Source of the DNA: Octopus sinensis
Taxonomy: Eukaryota
NCBI RefSeq assembly: GCF_006345805.1
Contig: NC_043020.1
Span: 20,398,001 to 20,462,000 of the forward strand
Direction of reading: 5' to 3'
Length of the DNA: 64,000 nt
Shown here one piece after another: positions 52,062-64,000 of the stretch. Under the pieces are notes generated by a model. That model was given only the letters and a program-made list of their open reading frames with translations. It ran no database searches and was not told where the DNA came from. How positions within the stretch are numbered: position 1 is the stretch's first letter; each line of letters opens with the position of its first letter. Position numbers and translations under genes: made by a program.

Positions 52062-52658
52062 TCATCATCATTTTCATCGATTAACGTCAGTTTTCCATGC
52101 TGGCATGGGCTGGACAGCTTGACTGTGGTCTGGAGAGCCAGCAGTTGCACCAGGCTCCAATCTGATCTGGCAAAGTTTCTACAGCTGGATACCTTTCCTA
52201 ACACCAACCACTCCAAGAATGTAGTGAGTACTTTTTACATGCCACTGCTACCGGAGCCAGTCAGTGCGTACTGGCATTGGTCACAATCGGTTGGTGCTTT
52301 TTATGTGCCACTGGTCATGCTTCACCACCTCATCCCATGTCTTCCTGGGTCTACCTCTTCCACAGGTTCGTTCTACAGTTAGGGAGTAGCACTTCCTCAC
52401 ACAGCTGTCTTTATTCATACGTAACACATGGCCATACAAGCGCAATCACCTCTCTTGCATACCACATTTGATGCTTCTTATGCCCAACTTTTCTCTCAAG
52501 GTGCTTACACTGTTGTGTATGCACACTGACATTACACATCCAGCAGATCATACTAGCTTCATTTCTTTCATGCCTACACATGTCCTCAGCATTCAAGTCC
52601 CATGTTTCACTGCCATGTAGCATGGCAGTTCGCACACATACATCATACAGTCTACTTT
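52062..52658 (-). mobile_element. RTE LINE 3' fragment with (GAT)n tail
   Basis: ORF 52411-52692 SRLYDVCVRTAMLHGSETW; tail reverse complement at 52062-52120. Confidence 0.85.
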
Positions 52659-54160
52659 TCACCTTGTAATTCATAAGGTGCTGCATCAACATCAGCAGAG
52701 AAAGGAGAAGCTAATAAGTCAGGTTTAAGCTCAATCTGTCTGAAATCCTTAAATTTTTCAAACTCTTCAGTCAAACTTCTCAACTGATCTTTAATTTTTG
52801 AACACACAATTGCAGGTACTTTCTCCTTTCCCAGCAATGAAAAATGGGTGAATTTGTCCTCACTTGCTTGCCTTGAAAACAAGGTTAATTTTGCTTGAAA
52901 AGATTAAACATGCTTATACATTTCATGAACCAAAAGTTTCTTTCTTTGCAATTTCACTCACATTTAGCTCATTCAACTTTTCAAAAACATCAGCTACAAA
53001 CGTAAGTTCATATTTCTACTCTTCACAGTCCATTTTTGTAACAACATTACAAGCAATTCTTTTCATATCGAGAACAAGCAGAATTTCTTTTTGTAAGTCC
53101 CACACTCACTTCAGCACTTCGTGAAGACTGAGCCATCATACATTGCTGTGGTAGAGAACATCCCCATGTTCAGCCTCCATATCCTCCAGTAGGGATTTGA
53201 ATTGTCTGTGACTGAGTGCTCTTGCTCCACACACCACTGGATCCACCAAATGCTTCAGGTTAAGTGCAGACTTACACAGATTATCCTGGTGCAAAATGTA
53301 GTGGAAAGACAAGAAGGCTTGGTTAGGATTGTCTTTTCTAATCTTGTCTTCCAAGAGTTTAACCATGCCTGCGTTTTACCCAAATAATGCCCAGACACCA
53401 TCTGTGGTTATGCTTGTCAATCTATCCCATGATAATGCACTTTTTTCAATTGCATTGATCACACGTTCATACAAATCCAGACTGATTGTTGTAGTTTTTA
53501 TTGATTCTAGTGACAGCAATCCTTTGGTGATACGGAAATTCTCATCCACTTCAAGTGCAAAAATTAGTATCTGTGCTGTATCTTGGATGTCAGTACTCTC
53601 ATCTGCTGCTAACGAATAGCATACAAAATCTTTACTTGCATCCCTCAGTTGTTGAGTCATCTCCTCACTGATTATTTCTATGCATTGCATGACAGTCCTC
53701 CTCGATAATGAAATGTTTTCAAATTTACCTCTCATTTTCAGGCATACAACACTTGCGCAATCCATCATACATTGTTTTATTAACTCACCATCTGAGAATG
53801 CTTTGTTACATCTTGAAATTCAGTATGCCACCATAAAACTTGCCTCCAATGCAGTATCGTGAATTGATGATTGCTTTTTAAATAGAGTTTGTTGCCTGTT
53901 CTATTTTGCTACATATTCCACAGCCTTTCCCTTCTGTTCTTCTTCAGTCATGTTGCATTCAAATTCTCCATGTTTTGTTTGGTTGTGCCACATCAAGTTG
54001 TACTCCTTTAACATGGTAATTGTCTCCTGTCACAGTAAACACACTGCTTTATTCTTAGAACTGGTGAAGAAATACTTGTGTATCCATTCTTCATTAAATG
54101 CACAGCACTCATCCTCAATTTAACATTTTTTAGGAGGCATGGTTTGTAAGGTTTGTAAAA
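52659..54160 (-). mobile_element. hAT transposase relic (Charlie/SPIN/GTF2IRD2-like group)
   Basis: ISLSRRTV..YSLAADESTDIQDTAQILIF..LTSITTDG, then FH.ILHQDNLC, EAEHGDVLYHS.VRW-like and ..ASPFSADV. N-terminal FNEEW.HKYFF..KAVCLL. Stops and frameshifts. 3' end cut by the RTE fragment. Confidence 0.88.
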
Positions 54161-55094
54161 GTATTATATAACTAAAGACAGAATTGTATATTTAATACTT
54201 TAAAAGTCATTTCTTTTCTCTTCACATTTTCTTTACTTGGAAGCCTTAACCATTGCTTGCTTCAATTTCCAGAAGAAATCCTTCATGTATTCAACAACTT
54301 ACAATTTGGAGCCAGTCAACATTCCATCAGGAAACTAGAAATCAACTGTCCTGAAAAACTACTGCTTATATCTGCAGTTTAGTTTGTGTTACCACATTGA
54401 AGACAGCTAGCATTAGAAAGCTAATTAGAAAAAAAAAAACATTCAAATAACAATATAATTAAAATGATATCAAATACTGATGAGTATTGTCATTTCTTGC
54501 ATACTTATTTCAAAGTAGCTCACAACATTAAATATGATAACTCTAGTTTGATCATTGTTCTTCTTCATGCAGAGAGTGTCTCTGCACAATTTTTCTCAGT
54601 AATTCAATCGTTAAAATATGTCTTAAGTTATTGTTGTTCCAGTTGAAGTCCAGTCAGCCCTGAATTAATAGATCCATGATTAAAATCAAAAACTTTCAAG
54701 TCTTGAGTACCCAATGCAACAATGCCATTTCTCCCTTCTTTCCTGGTTCTCAGATGAAGGACACAACCTGAAACACTAGACTCTACACTCCTCCTGGCAA
54801 ATGAATGTATACTGAAGACTTCTGTCGACCAACTGCTGCTATTGCAGATCACCACCAGTGTCCTTGGATTCATGGTTTTTATCATAGTCCCCATTTTCGA
54901 GCATGCTTTTTCTAAGCAGGTATGGGTTGGATGAAACTTCTTGAGGTAGTATTCTTTGGCTGGACACCCTTATTTGCTTTGAAGTGAAGTACATTATTCA
55001 ACTCCTTTTCATCAGTCAAATCACTGAGAGTGTGAGACATATTGTGCATGCAGAACATAGAAAAATCTTACTGCTACCTATGTGGTGTCAACAT

Positions 55095-55255
55095 GAAGAT
55101 ACTGCAAGACAATCACACACATTTGGTTAAAACTGTACCAAATTTCCATCTGAGGTTATTGTAAAAGAGACCTTCCCAAAATACCATGTAGTGGGGTTGA
55201 ACTTGAAACCACATGGTTACAAAGTGAACTTCTTAACCATACAGCCATACTGATA
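55095..55255 (-). mobile_element. SINE head fragment
   Basis: Reverse complement of a tRNA-like SINE head. Similar fragments at 40430-40590 (+) and 42810-42960 (-). Confidence 0.55.
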
Positions 55256-55299
55256 CATTCTTAACTTAAAAGAAAGAGACTAACCATTTGACTGAAAAG

Positions 55300-55516
55300 C
55301 TAACTCTTTTAAAATGGCCATATCCAGCCCATATAGTCTACCTGTTTTATCTTCCAAGTGGCCAGATCCAGCCTCTCACATATACCCTGCAATGTCATTC
55401 TAAAAATAAACAATCAAAACTTTGAAATCTTAAAGCTCAAAATAATACAGGATTAACTTTAACGAATGCAAATAAATACGCTTAACATTTGACAAAGTAA
55501 TCTGAATGCTAAAGGG
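55300..55516 (+). mobile_element. piggyBac-type MITE copy
   Basis: Homologous to 41666-41884; ends aaaggg|TTAA. Confidence 0.7.
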
Positions 55517-57194
55517 TTAAACAACTGGATTCTTCTTGTACAGCACTAAGTAAAAGGAAAAATAAAGAAAGCAAGAATTAATCTCAGGATATTAAACTCA
55601 CAAAGTAGGTTACAAAGGAATGCAACAAGTGGTAAGAGACTGTGTTGAAGAGGACACACCAACCCATGCAAGAATGGAAAAGTGGACATGAAGATGATGA
55701 TGATGATGATTTATCTGGCTAAGTAAAATTAGACAAATTTACAAATGTATTGTCATAGTATATCAATAAATCTAAACACTTCTGGATGATCAATATTTCT
55801 TATGGAATATATTAGTACATGCATGTTTCAATAAATTGAAAATAATCAGTATTTAGTAAAATAGCTTATTCATTATGAAGTTGGTGTCTGGAAAATAATT
55901 AAACAAAAAGCAAAACATTTTTATATGAAATTATAATAAAAGGTTTTAATTTTAATACAAACATTTTAAAATAGGAGTGTTTAAAATAGAAATGGAGGTA
56001 GCTTCATCTCCAAAGGAATAAGCAATATCTGAAAACTGGCTTTTAAGATGACTGGCTGCTGTGAGTAAGCAATGTGAACTTTGGTCTGCAGAATACTAGA
56101 GCTATTTGAAATTCTGCTGATTGCTCTAGATGCCTTGTAAAGTTTTAAAAGTTGACATTCAATTGTGGAGTGGAGAAGTAACTGTGTAAGTTAAAAACCA
56201 GGGATATGTTCAATGAGATAAAATAATATGAAATGAAATGTAATATGAAGAGATGAGATGAAATCAAAATAAATATATTCATGAAGAGTTCTTGAATTAC
56301 AAATAAGAGTATAGTTATAAATTTGTTTAGAATCAAGGGATTATGTTTGCATAAATGTGTGTATGTAAGTGTATACAGAGAGAGAGGAAGAGAGAGAGAG
56401 AGAGAGAAAAAAAGAAAGAGACTATGATACAAATATACAAATTATATCATCATCATTTAATGTCCACTTTCCATGATGGCTTGGGTTGGATGGTTTGAGA
56501 GGAGCTGGCTAAGCAGAACACTGCACCATGCTTCAGTTTGTTTTGGCATGATTTTTGCAGCTGGATGCCCTTTCTAATACCAACTAATCAAGCAGTATAT
56601 ACTTAGTTATGGCATATAACCAGTTAGAAAGTTACCACAGGTTGCACTTGGCAATATAGGCAACTCATCAGACCTGTTCACCAGAAGCCTGTTTACTAAT
56701 GAGGTATAAAATATAGTGTTTAGTCAGCCTAGTGGTGCAACCCTGTCCCTGGAATGAAAAAGTTATCTCCCCTTGAATGGTTACAAAAGGGTCTGAAATG
56801 GGGGAAACTGTTTCCAAAACAAAGTTTGTCATGAAGGTGTTGGCTAAAAATTCACTTTCTGAAATCAAGAAGGCACCTGGATTGCTGGATTGTGCGAATT
56901 TTTTAGAATCATTGTCCTCTTGACCAAATAAAGTTTGTACTATCTGCTTCCACTGAGGTATGGCTCAAATTCTAGCAGCATTTCACTTTTGAATTTGTAT
57001 ACACAAAATGTACTATTTTACTATGTTCACACAGTAAAGACAAAAATAATATCACTTTAAACTTCTGTCCATTATCCTCATTTTTTAACTCTCATAATTT
57101 ATTCCTAAAAATCCAGCAAAACATCTTTGGTGATCTAAGTCCACCTAGTGTCAATCAACGATTGATACAGCCAAGTACAAAAGACATGAAAAGG

Positions 57195-58470
57195 CAAGAG
57201 GAACCAGAATCATATAACCAGTAAATGTCTATGGATCATCAAGGTGGTATACAAAAGCATTCCTGGAATTTATGATTATCATCAGATATTATGGGAAATT
57301 GGACACCTTTATTATTTTTACAAAACTAATCCTAACTGAAAAAAGATTCCGTTGTCACTTTGTATATGTGAAAAGCCAAATGAATGACAAAGTGTTTCAT
57401 TAAAAACCAAATGAATGACTAGTTTTATTATAGTCAGAGGGTTTCATCAAAAGCTGAAGCTGCTTTTTCATGATTTGTTTAAAGAGGATTATCTAGCAAG
57501 ATCATTGCTTATACATGCTGGAAAGACAACCAAGAAAGGAAACTGCTGCATGGTTGTATTCTTTTTATTTTAGCAGATCAATTCAGAGAATCAGTTCATA
57601 TCAATTTGTTTTCATTAAAACTCAAGATAAGAAAAGAAAAAAAAGAATATGATCTATGAGCCCTATGGAGATATCAATCTCAACAGACCATGCATGTCTG
57701 ATAAAGGAACAGACTGCAAATGTAAAATAAGATTTTTGAAACAATTTCCAAATCAAACTGTTACAACTGAAAACTCTTATCCAACTTATAGATAGAAATC
57801 TGAAGAGCAAGGTGGTAGATCCTGCATTCTGCAAATCTGAGTTGAAAGTAAACAATCATTATTGAAGTATCTATTAATAAACAAAGGCCAAATGACACTG
57901 CCACATAGTTAGTTGAAGGGAGGTGAAAAGAGAGATACAGAAAAGTGTTACTGGTGAAGGCTAAGAGAAAGGCATTGCTGTTGTCATGTAGTTAAACAGT
58001 TAGTGGAAGGAAGAAGAACTATAGATGTAATTGTAAAACCAACTTATCAAGAAGCCTGCAAAAGAATAGGACTGCTGGAAAGTGAGGATGAAATTAATAA
58101 TGTGATAAAAAGAATGAAAAACCTTTCCTTTGCAACAATCCCTGTATCTGTGTGTGTGTTATATTGCTTAGGCATAGTGATTCTAATAACCTGGTGTTTT
58201 AGAACCCAATATACATGCTTGAAACTCTAATGAAGCTATAAATTGATACACATGTATTTAACTATAAGTGCATTGCATCTTACAGCAGAAACAGCTGTAA
58301 GCTAATGAAGTTCAAGACATGACTTCTTATTCTTTGTCATTTTAATTTTCTGGATGTGTCACTTCCATACTTTAAATGAGACAAGATGTCTAGGGATGAA
58401 GTAGAAGTGCAAACTAACAAGATTCTTAACGAAATGCTTTTGGAAATGGCAGAACAGATGCAAGTCTAAT
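57195..58470 (+). mobile_element. Helitron Rep-domain relic
   Basis: YGSSRWYTKAF..YYGKLDTFIIF..NPN (GSPR..GKPDLFITFT.NP-like), MIYEPYGDIN..PCM (MIHGPCG..CM-like), ENSYPTYR*..EQGG, and TYQEACKRIGLLESE. Confidence 0.75.
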
Positions 58471-59454
58471 GACTTTTATATTAAAAAAATAAACATTTGT
58501 TTGTTATTGAAAATGTACTTACATGCACATACAGACATATTTGCACATATTAGATAAATACACAAAAGCATGAATACAATCATACACACCAGCATTATTA
58601 TTGTGAAGAAATATTCACCCACACATTTGAACATAAGAAAGCACACACACAATACATTTATCTAAGTGTATTGATTTAAACAATAAGTTCAGTGCAAATA
58701 TCACATCTATATATCCTTATGATACAATTCTAAGAAATGTAACTGAATCAGCCTGCACACAAGTATATGAAACCATTTTCAACTCCAAAAGTAGTAAATT
58801 ATGAGTAAAGTTTTTGACAACAAAAACAAAAAGAAAAACAGAAATCAAGTAGATAAATAAACAGGAAGAGGTAATTCTTTATAATAAGGTAATCATCATC
58901 ATCGTTTAATGTCTGTCTTCCATGCTTGCATACATGGGTAGGATGGTTGACAGGAACCAGCTAGATAGAAGACTACCCCAGGCTACTTTGTTTTGGCAGG
59001 GTCTTTACAGCTGGACACCCTTAATACCAACCAGCCATAATCTCAACTTATAATTACCAGAACTGCAATTCTCAGAAGACAACACTGAGGGCCATATTCA
59101 TCAAAGCAGAGCAAAAGTAAATATACTTTGATTGCAAATAATAATTAACTCATTGGAAATATGTACATTTCTTCTTGTAAAATATTCAGACCAAATAGTA
59201 AACATTGACCATGTATGTGTGTGCATTTGTAAGACTGTGTGTGCATTTGTATGACTGTGTGTGCCTGTGTATATGTAAGAATTTACATTAAATGTGCATA
59301 TTGAAAAATGTGCTACTGAATACATTATTTCTATGTATTTCATAATTTCTAAACTATAGAGTACATTGTCATTTGAATATACTTGCTGCTTAATTTATAG
59401 AATATGTTTATTTCAGACTATTTAGAACTGACAGTTAAGAAATTATATGCAGTG

Positions 59455-60546
59455 TGCAACAAAGAAGATTAGCTGGAAGCACATGGTCATGTAGTTCGTA
59501 TGAATGAGGATGGTTGCATAACAAAGGGCTGATCACTTAAAATGGATGGAACTTGTGGAAGAGAGAGACTCAGTAGGACTTGAGACTAAATATGTTGAGC
59601 CTCATGGAGGGAATGACAAAGGACCGGGATGATTGACAATTTACTGTGCTTGAGAAAACCCATTCATAACAAGAAATATAAGGTCCTAAAAGCATTTTGT
59701 TTATGCTTGTACATGCTAGGCATTGTTGCTATTTCCATGCTGTCCTGTCAAGTATTATCCACATTTCATCTTTCTAGCCACTCATACTGCCTTGTCAGTT
59801 ATTCCCTACATCTCATTTTCCTGCCTCCCATACCAAATAACCATCTCTCCTTCACACATATTACATCTCCTAATTCCATGTGCCACCTGTTACAGCCTTA
59901 ATTTCTCCATCTATTTCCACCCATCAAGACCCGGCAAACCAAATGAGATCATAACCATGGCCCATGCCAGTGCTGTATAACCAGCCCATTTAAGAGTACC
60001 CTTCAATCATTGGACAATAAACTATGCTTGCAAAGACCTGTTGAGGCAAGTGAAATTGTTGTCATGGCTGATGACAGTACTGCCTGATTGGCACCCGTGC
60101 TAGTGGAACGTTAAAAGCATCATTCGAGCATGATCGTTGCCAGGACCACTGACTGGCTCCCATGCTGGTGGAACATTAAAAGCATCATTCGAGCGTGATC
60201 GTTGCCACCATTGCCTGACTGGCTCCTGTGCTGGTGGCACATTAAAAACACCATTCAAGTGTGGTCATTGCCAGTGTCACCTGACTGGCTCCAGTGCAGG
60301 TGGCATGTAAAAAGCAACTTTTGAGTGTGACCGATACCAGTACCACCTGACTGGCCCTCATGCCAGTGGCACTTAAAAGCACCCATTACACTCTCAGAGT
60401 GGTTGGCATTAGGAAGGGCATCAAGCTGTAGAAACTTTGCCAGATCAGTCTGGAGCTTAGTGCAGCCTTCTGGCTTGCCAGCCCTCAGTCAAACCGTCCA
60501 ACCCATGCCAGCATGGAAAGCAGACGTTAACGATGATGATGATGAT
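59455..60546 (+). mobile_element. RTE LINE 3' end (short RT remnant, interrupted, then 3' UTR with subrepeats and (GAT)n tail)
   Basis: W..HGHVVRMNEDG..TCGR at 59470-59570; UTR homologous to 33230-33846. Confidence 0.8.
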
Positions 60547-62007
60547 AATGATTCTCATTATCATCCTTTCCATGTGCTTCCAGCTAATCCCCCTTCAGCC
60601 CTCCTCTGCCATATTTCATCTTAACACCTTGCATATCAGTTATCTCTTAGCACCTTCTTGTTTGACATCATGCCTATTCACTATAGCTACTCCTCATCTA
60701 CATCCCCACTGCCTCTATGCTTTGCTGATCATCTGATCCCTGAACTATCTTTTATTTCTCTCTCAGCTGACTTCCTCCCTCCACTACCCTCACTGATATT
60801 TCCATCAAACTGCGCTTCCACTCCCATTCATCACTTACTACAATCATGTCAGTCCTCATCTTTATCGGGTAATCTCCCTTTGTACTCTTATTACTTCCCA
60901 CCCCCACTCTTGATCCATTGTTCATATCTCCTGCTTCTTGAAGGTTTTGCTCTGGCACGCCAACACTACCATCTTTTACCTAGATACTTCCATCCACCCT
61001 TATATAAATGTGGCTTAGCTACAGCATGACACCAAATTATACAGTCCTTAAAATCATAATCTTAGTTTCTGATGGGGATATATGTGAGAAATGATCTTCA
61101 ATTTGTCTGTTCAACTTGCATCTTGTAACTTGCAACTTGTAATTTAGTTACTCATACAGTTGAAAATATGCAAACTCTTGTGGATCATAATTCTGCATCT
61201 TGCAAGGCATTGAACACAGCATTAGCCTGTCAAGACTGTTGCAATGTTCCAGCCTATATAAGGAAACCCATATGCGAAATCATCTATCTTCAGTGAAAAC
61301 ACAATACTGAAAGTGGTAGAGAAGTTTATGTACCTGGGCAGAACACTCAGCCATTCTTACTCCTTGAATGATGAAATATCTTTAAGGCTTCAGAAAGCAA
61401 CTGACTCCTTCAGGGCTCCTGAGTATTGTGACATGTACATATTATATGTTATACTAGCTGGCCCTGTGCTGTCTAAAAATGATGGCTCATTGTAGTATTT
61501 TGTAAATAAATATTGATGGTAAATCAAATTAACACACTTGTCAATGTTATCTAGTGGTTGTCTTTTGAGATGTGACAGTGATCATCGCTTGTTACTGAAA
61601 GAACGCTGGTTCACACATATAAACATTCACACACTTCCCTTGTACATGCACACACACACACATACTCACACAGTGTTGAATGCTGTTTGAATTTTCTTTT
61701 TAGTGTTGAATGTTCACCATGCCACTTCCATTGCACACTCACACACATACACACACATTCACACACCTCGCTTTTACATACACACATATACTCACACAAA
61801 GTTGAAACACTGCCACTTCCAGTTTGCCATCACCCCTTCCTTTCTCATTCATATGTTGTGACAGAAAAACACTAGTATTATTATAGCAGATGTAGTTCAA
61901 ATTTATAGAAAAAACAAAGATGAAGACAGGTGTAGGAAGAAACAAGGTGTAGGAAAAATGGGAAAAAAGGAATAAGCGGAACATGGCGAATATATATATT
62001 ATATTAT

Positions 62008-62160
62008 TCTTTTATGCGTTTCCGTCATCTGACTGTTGCCATGCTGGAGCACTGCCTTTAGTCGAACAAATTGACCCCAGAACTTATTCTTTTGTAAACC
62101 AAGTACTTATTCTATTTGTCTCTTTTGCTGAACTGTTAAGATATAGGGAATAAACACATC
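62008..62160 (-). mobile_element. SINE 3' body fragment
   Basis: Matches the 3725-4130 family 3' body in reverse complement. Confidence 0.8.
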
Positions 62161-62348
62161 TCTGAGCAGGTATCGCCATGACAACTTCTCTGTCATGATC
62201 AATGCAATGATCACATGCTACACACCTTCCTTCCAAGCACTGCTGTGAACAGCAGAAGTGAGCTAGAATGTTAAAACTTAGTGCACCTGCACAGCAGCGT
62301 TTAAGGTCAATCTTTGCAAAGAGGCTTCACTCTGCATGCTTTGTCTTT

Positions 62349-62362
62349 GTTACTATGGCAAC
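62349..62362. promoter_or_regulatory. RFX X-box-like palindrome
   Basis: GTTACTATGGCAAC fits GTNRCYATRGYAAC. A weaker one, ATCGCCATGACAAC, lies at 62172-62185. Confidence 0.35.
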
Positions 62363-62407
62363 AGCCCAGATACTTATTGATCAGACCTTATTTATATATA
62401 TATATAT

Positions 62408-62816
62408 ATAATGTAAAGTATAGAAGCCATCTTATCATGGTTAACCACATTGGGGAGGGGGTTGTTACTGTAGCTTTATAGCCCCAAGAGATCTTCGTCT
62501 CTAGCTGGCTCTAAACACAATATCTGTGTCTTTGGAGTATTTGCAAAGGGAGGCCATCCCTTCCTCGCAAGCCTGAGTGATACGCTCGAACTGGTTACCG
62601 CCCGTTGACGAGGGACAACCATCCCGAAACTAGTTCGAGCGTATCACTCAGGCTTGCAAGGAAGGGATGGCCTCCCTTTGCAAATACTCCAAAGACACAG
62701 ATATTGTGTTTAGAGCCAGCTAGAGACGAAGATCTCTTGGGGCTATAAAGCTACAGTAACAACCCCCTCCTCAATGTGGTTAGCCATGATAAGATGGCTT
62801 CTATACTTTACATTAT
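62408..62816. mobile_element. Young 409-bp hairpin element: 189-bp inverted arms with a minimal hammerhead in the loop
   Basis: 62408-62596 versus 62628-62816, with 4 mismatches seen by eye, all transitions. (TA)n lies immediately left and ~50 bp to the right. Confidence 0.9.
62599..62641 (+). ncRNA. Minimal type I hammerhead ribozyme motif
   Basis: CGCCCG TTGACGA GGGA CAACCA TCCC GAAA CTAG T T CGAGCG. Stem I 5/6 bp, stem II 4 bp, palindromic AACTAGTT stem III, C3>U variant. Confidence 0.7.
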
Positions 62817-63250
62817 CGAGCGATTACTGTTTCAATCTCATTCTGAGATTTAATTATGCCTATATATATATATATATATATATACAAATGTATGTACATG
62901 TGTTTATGTGAGTGAGTTCTTATTTGCCTGCATTCTCACATATATTTGCTGGTTTTAAACAACAGCCTTGCTGCTCATGTAAACGGTGCCATTTGTTTCC
63001 AATTCTTCATGTAACTACATCTGGGCAGTTTGACTAGGAGATTATTAACCTTGCTTGAAAGCTTGTTGGGGTAGCTAACAGGAAGTGTACCCAGATGTAG
63101 AAAACACTGCTGCAAGCATACAAAAGTAGACATTTAGAAGATGATCATGAGACATATATATATATATGTACACACACACACATATATAGATACATACATA
63201 TAAATATATATGCATACATGTACATACTTATACATCAATAGATCTGTGTA

Positions 63251-63305
<55 letters not shown>

Positions 63306-64000
63306 AAATGCTCTGGGTTTGTTCAGACAGCAAAATGTGAATGTAAGGACTTGATGAAAGTTAACAAAGAGCACTGTCAGATGAACTCAGTAACAACGAG
63401 GTGAAAGATTTCAGCGTGTTCTGACAGGACTTGTTTGTAGAGTGTATACAACTAGAGACTCTGAGTAACAGGTGTGTGTGTGTACGTGTGCACATGTGTG
63501 TGTGTGTACGTGTGCACATGTGTGTGTGTGTTGTGTTACAGGTGTGAAACAAAGGCAATATATAAATAAATGCCATCAGTAGTTTGTAGGACATTGGTAG
63601 AGCTTGGTTTGTGAATATTCAACGTCAGATTAGAAGACAGATTGTTGCAATTGAACAAATATTGATTACATAAACAAGGTGAGCATATTTTGATGTTGGA
63701 GAGGTGACTGAGGAAAGGACATGGCAAGAATAATCTAGGGAAGTATCATGAAAGATTAAGACAACTGAACCACCCACACAAATGTGACATGTAGAATAGG
63801 GTAAGCATCATGATTATGACAATGATGATGCCAATGGAAATATCGCTGATAATAATAATGATGTTGATAATGACAATGAAGAAAATGATGATAGAAATAA
63901 AAACAGGAAAGGAAAATGATTTACTTTAATATTTGTGGCTATATCTTTATAATTCCATGCTAGCATGGATGAAGTGAGTGTTTTTGAGGACAATTGCACA

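Noticed and set aside
54748-54790. HHR-like CAGATGA AGG ACACAA CCT GAAA
   Set aside because: U4>A, no NUH triplet in register and no stem I. Chance cannot be excluded.
63372-63420. HHR-like CAGATGA..CTC..GAG..GAAA GATTTC
   Set aside because: Core mismatch and stem I not in register.

Overview
AT-rich, microsatellite-dense eukaryotic DNA made almost entirely of transposable-element debris. The repeat repertoire (tRNA-derived SINEs with internal (TA)n/(TG)n, RTE LINEs with (GAT)n tails, R4/Dong elements in (AAT)n, mariner, maT, hAT, Helitron relics, MITEs) looks like a coleoid cephalopod, probably Octopus; this is inference, not a database result. No host protein-coding exon, rRNA, real tRNA or CRISPR array can be supported. 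Most listed ORFs are microsatellite artefacts or TE fragments. The main unexpected signal is a set of small non-coding elements from several unrelated sequence families carrying minimal type I hammerhead-ribozyme (HHR) motifs (stem I - CUGANGA-like core - stem II - GAAA - short palindromic stem III - NUH - stem I'). Most of them are arranged as outward-reading inverted repeats or hairpins, often next to (TA)n: 225-1144, 24.7 kb, 26.2 kb, 30635-31688 and a near-perfect 189-bp-arm hairpin at 62408-62816 with the HHR in its loop. Solo motifs occur at 17.3 and 39.2 kb. They resemble Penelope-like-element termini or non-LTR retrozymes, but no Penelope ORF was recognised in the window. All structures were read and aligned by eye.
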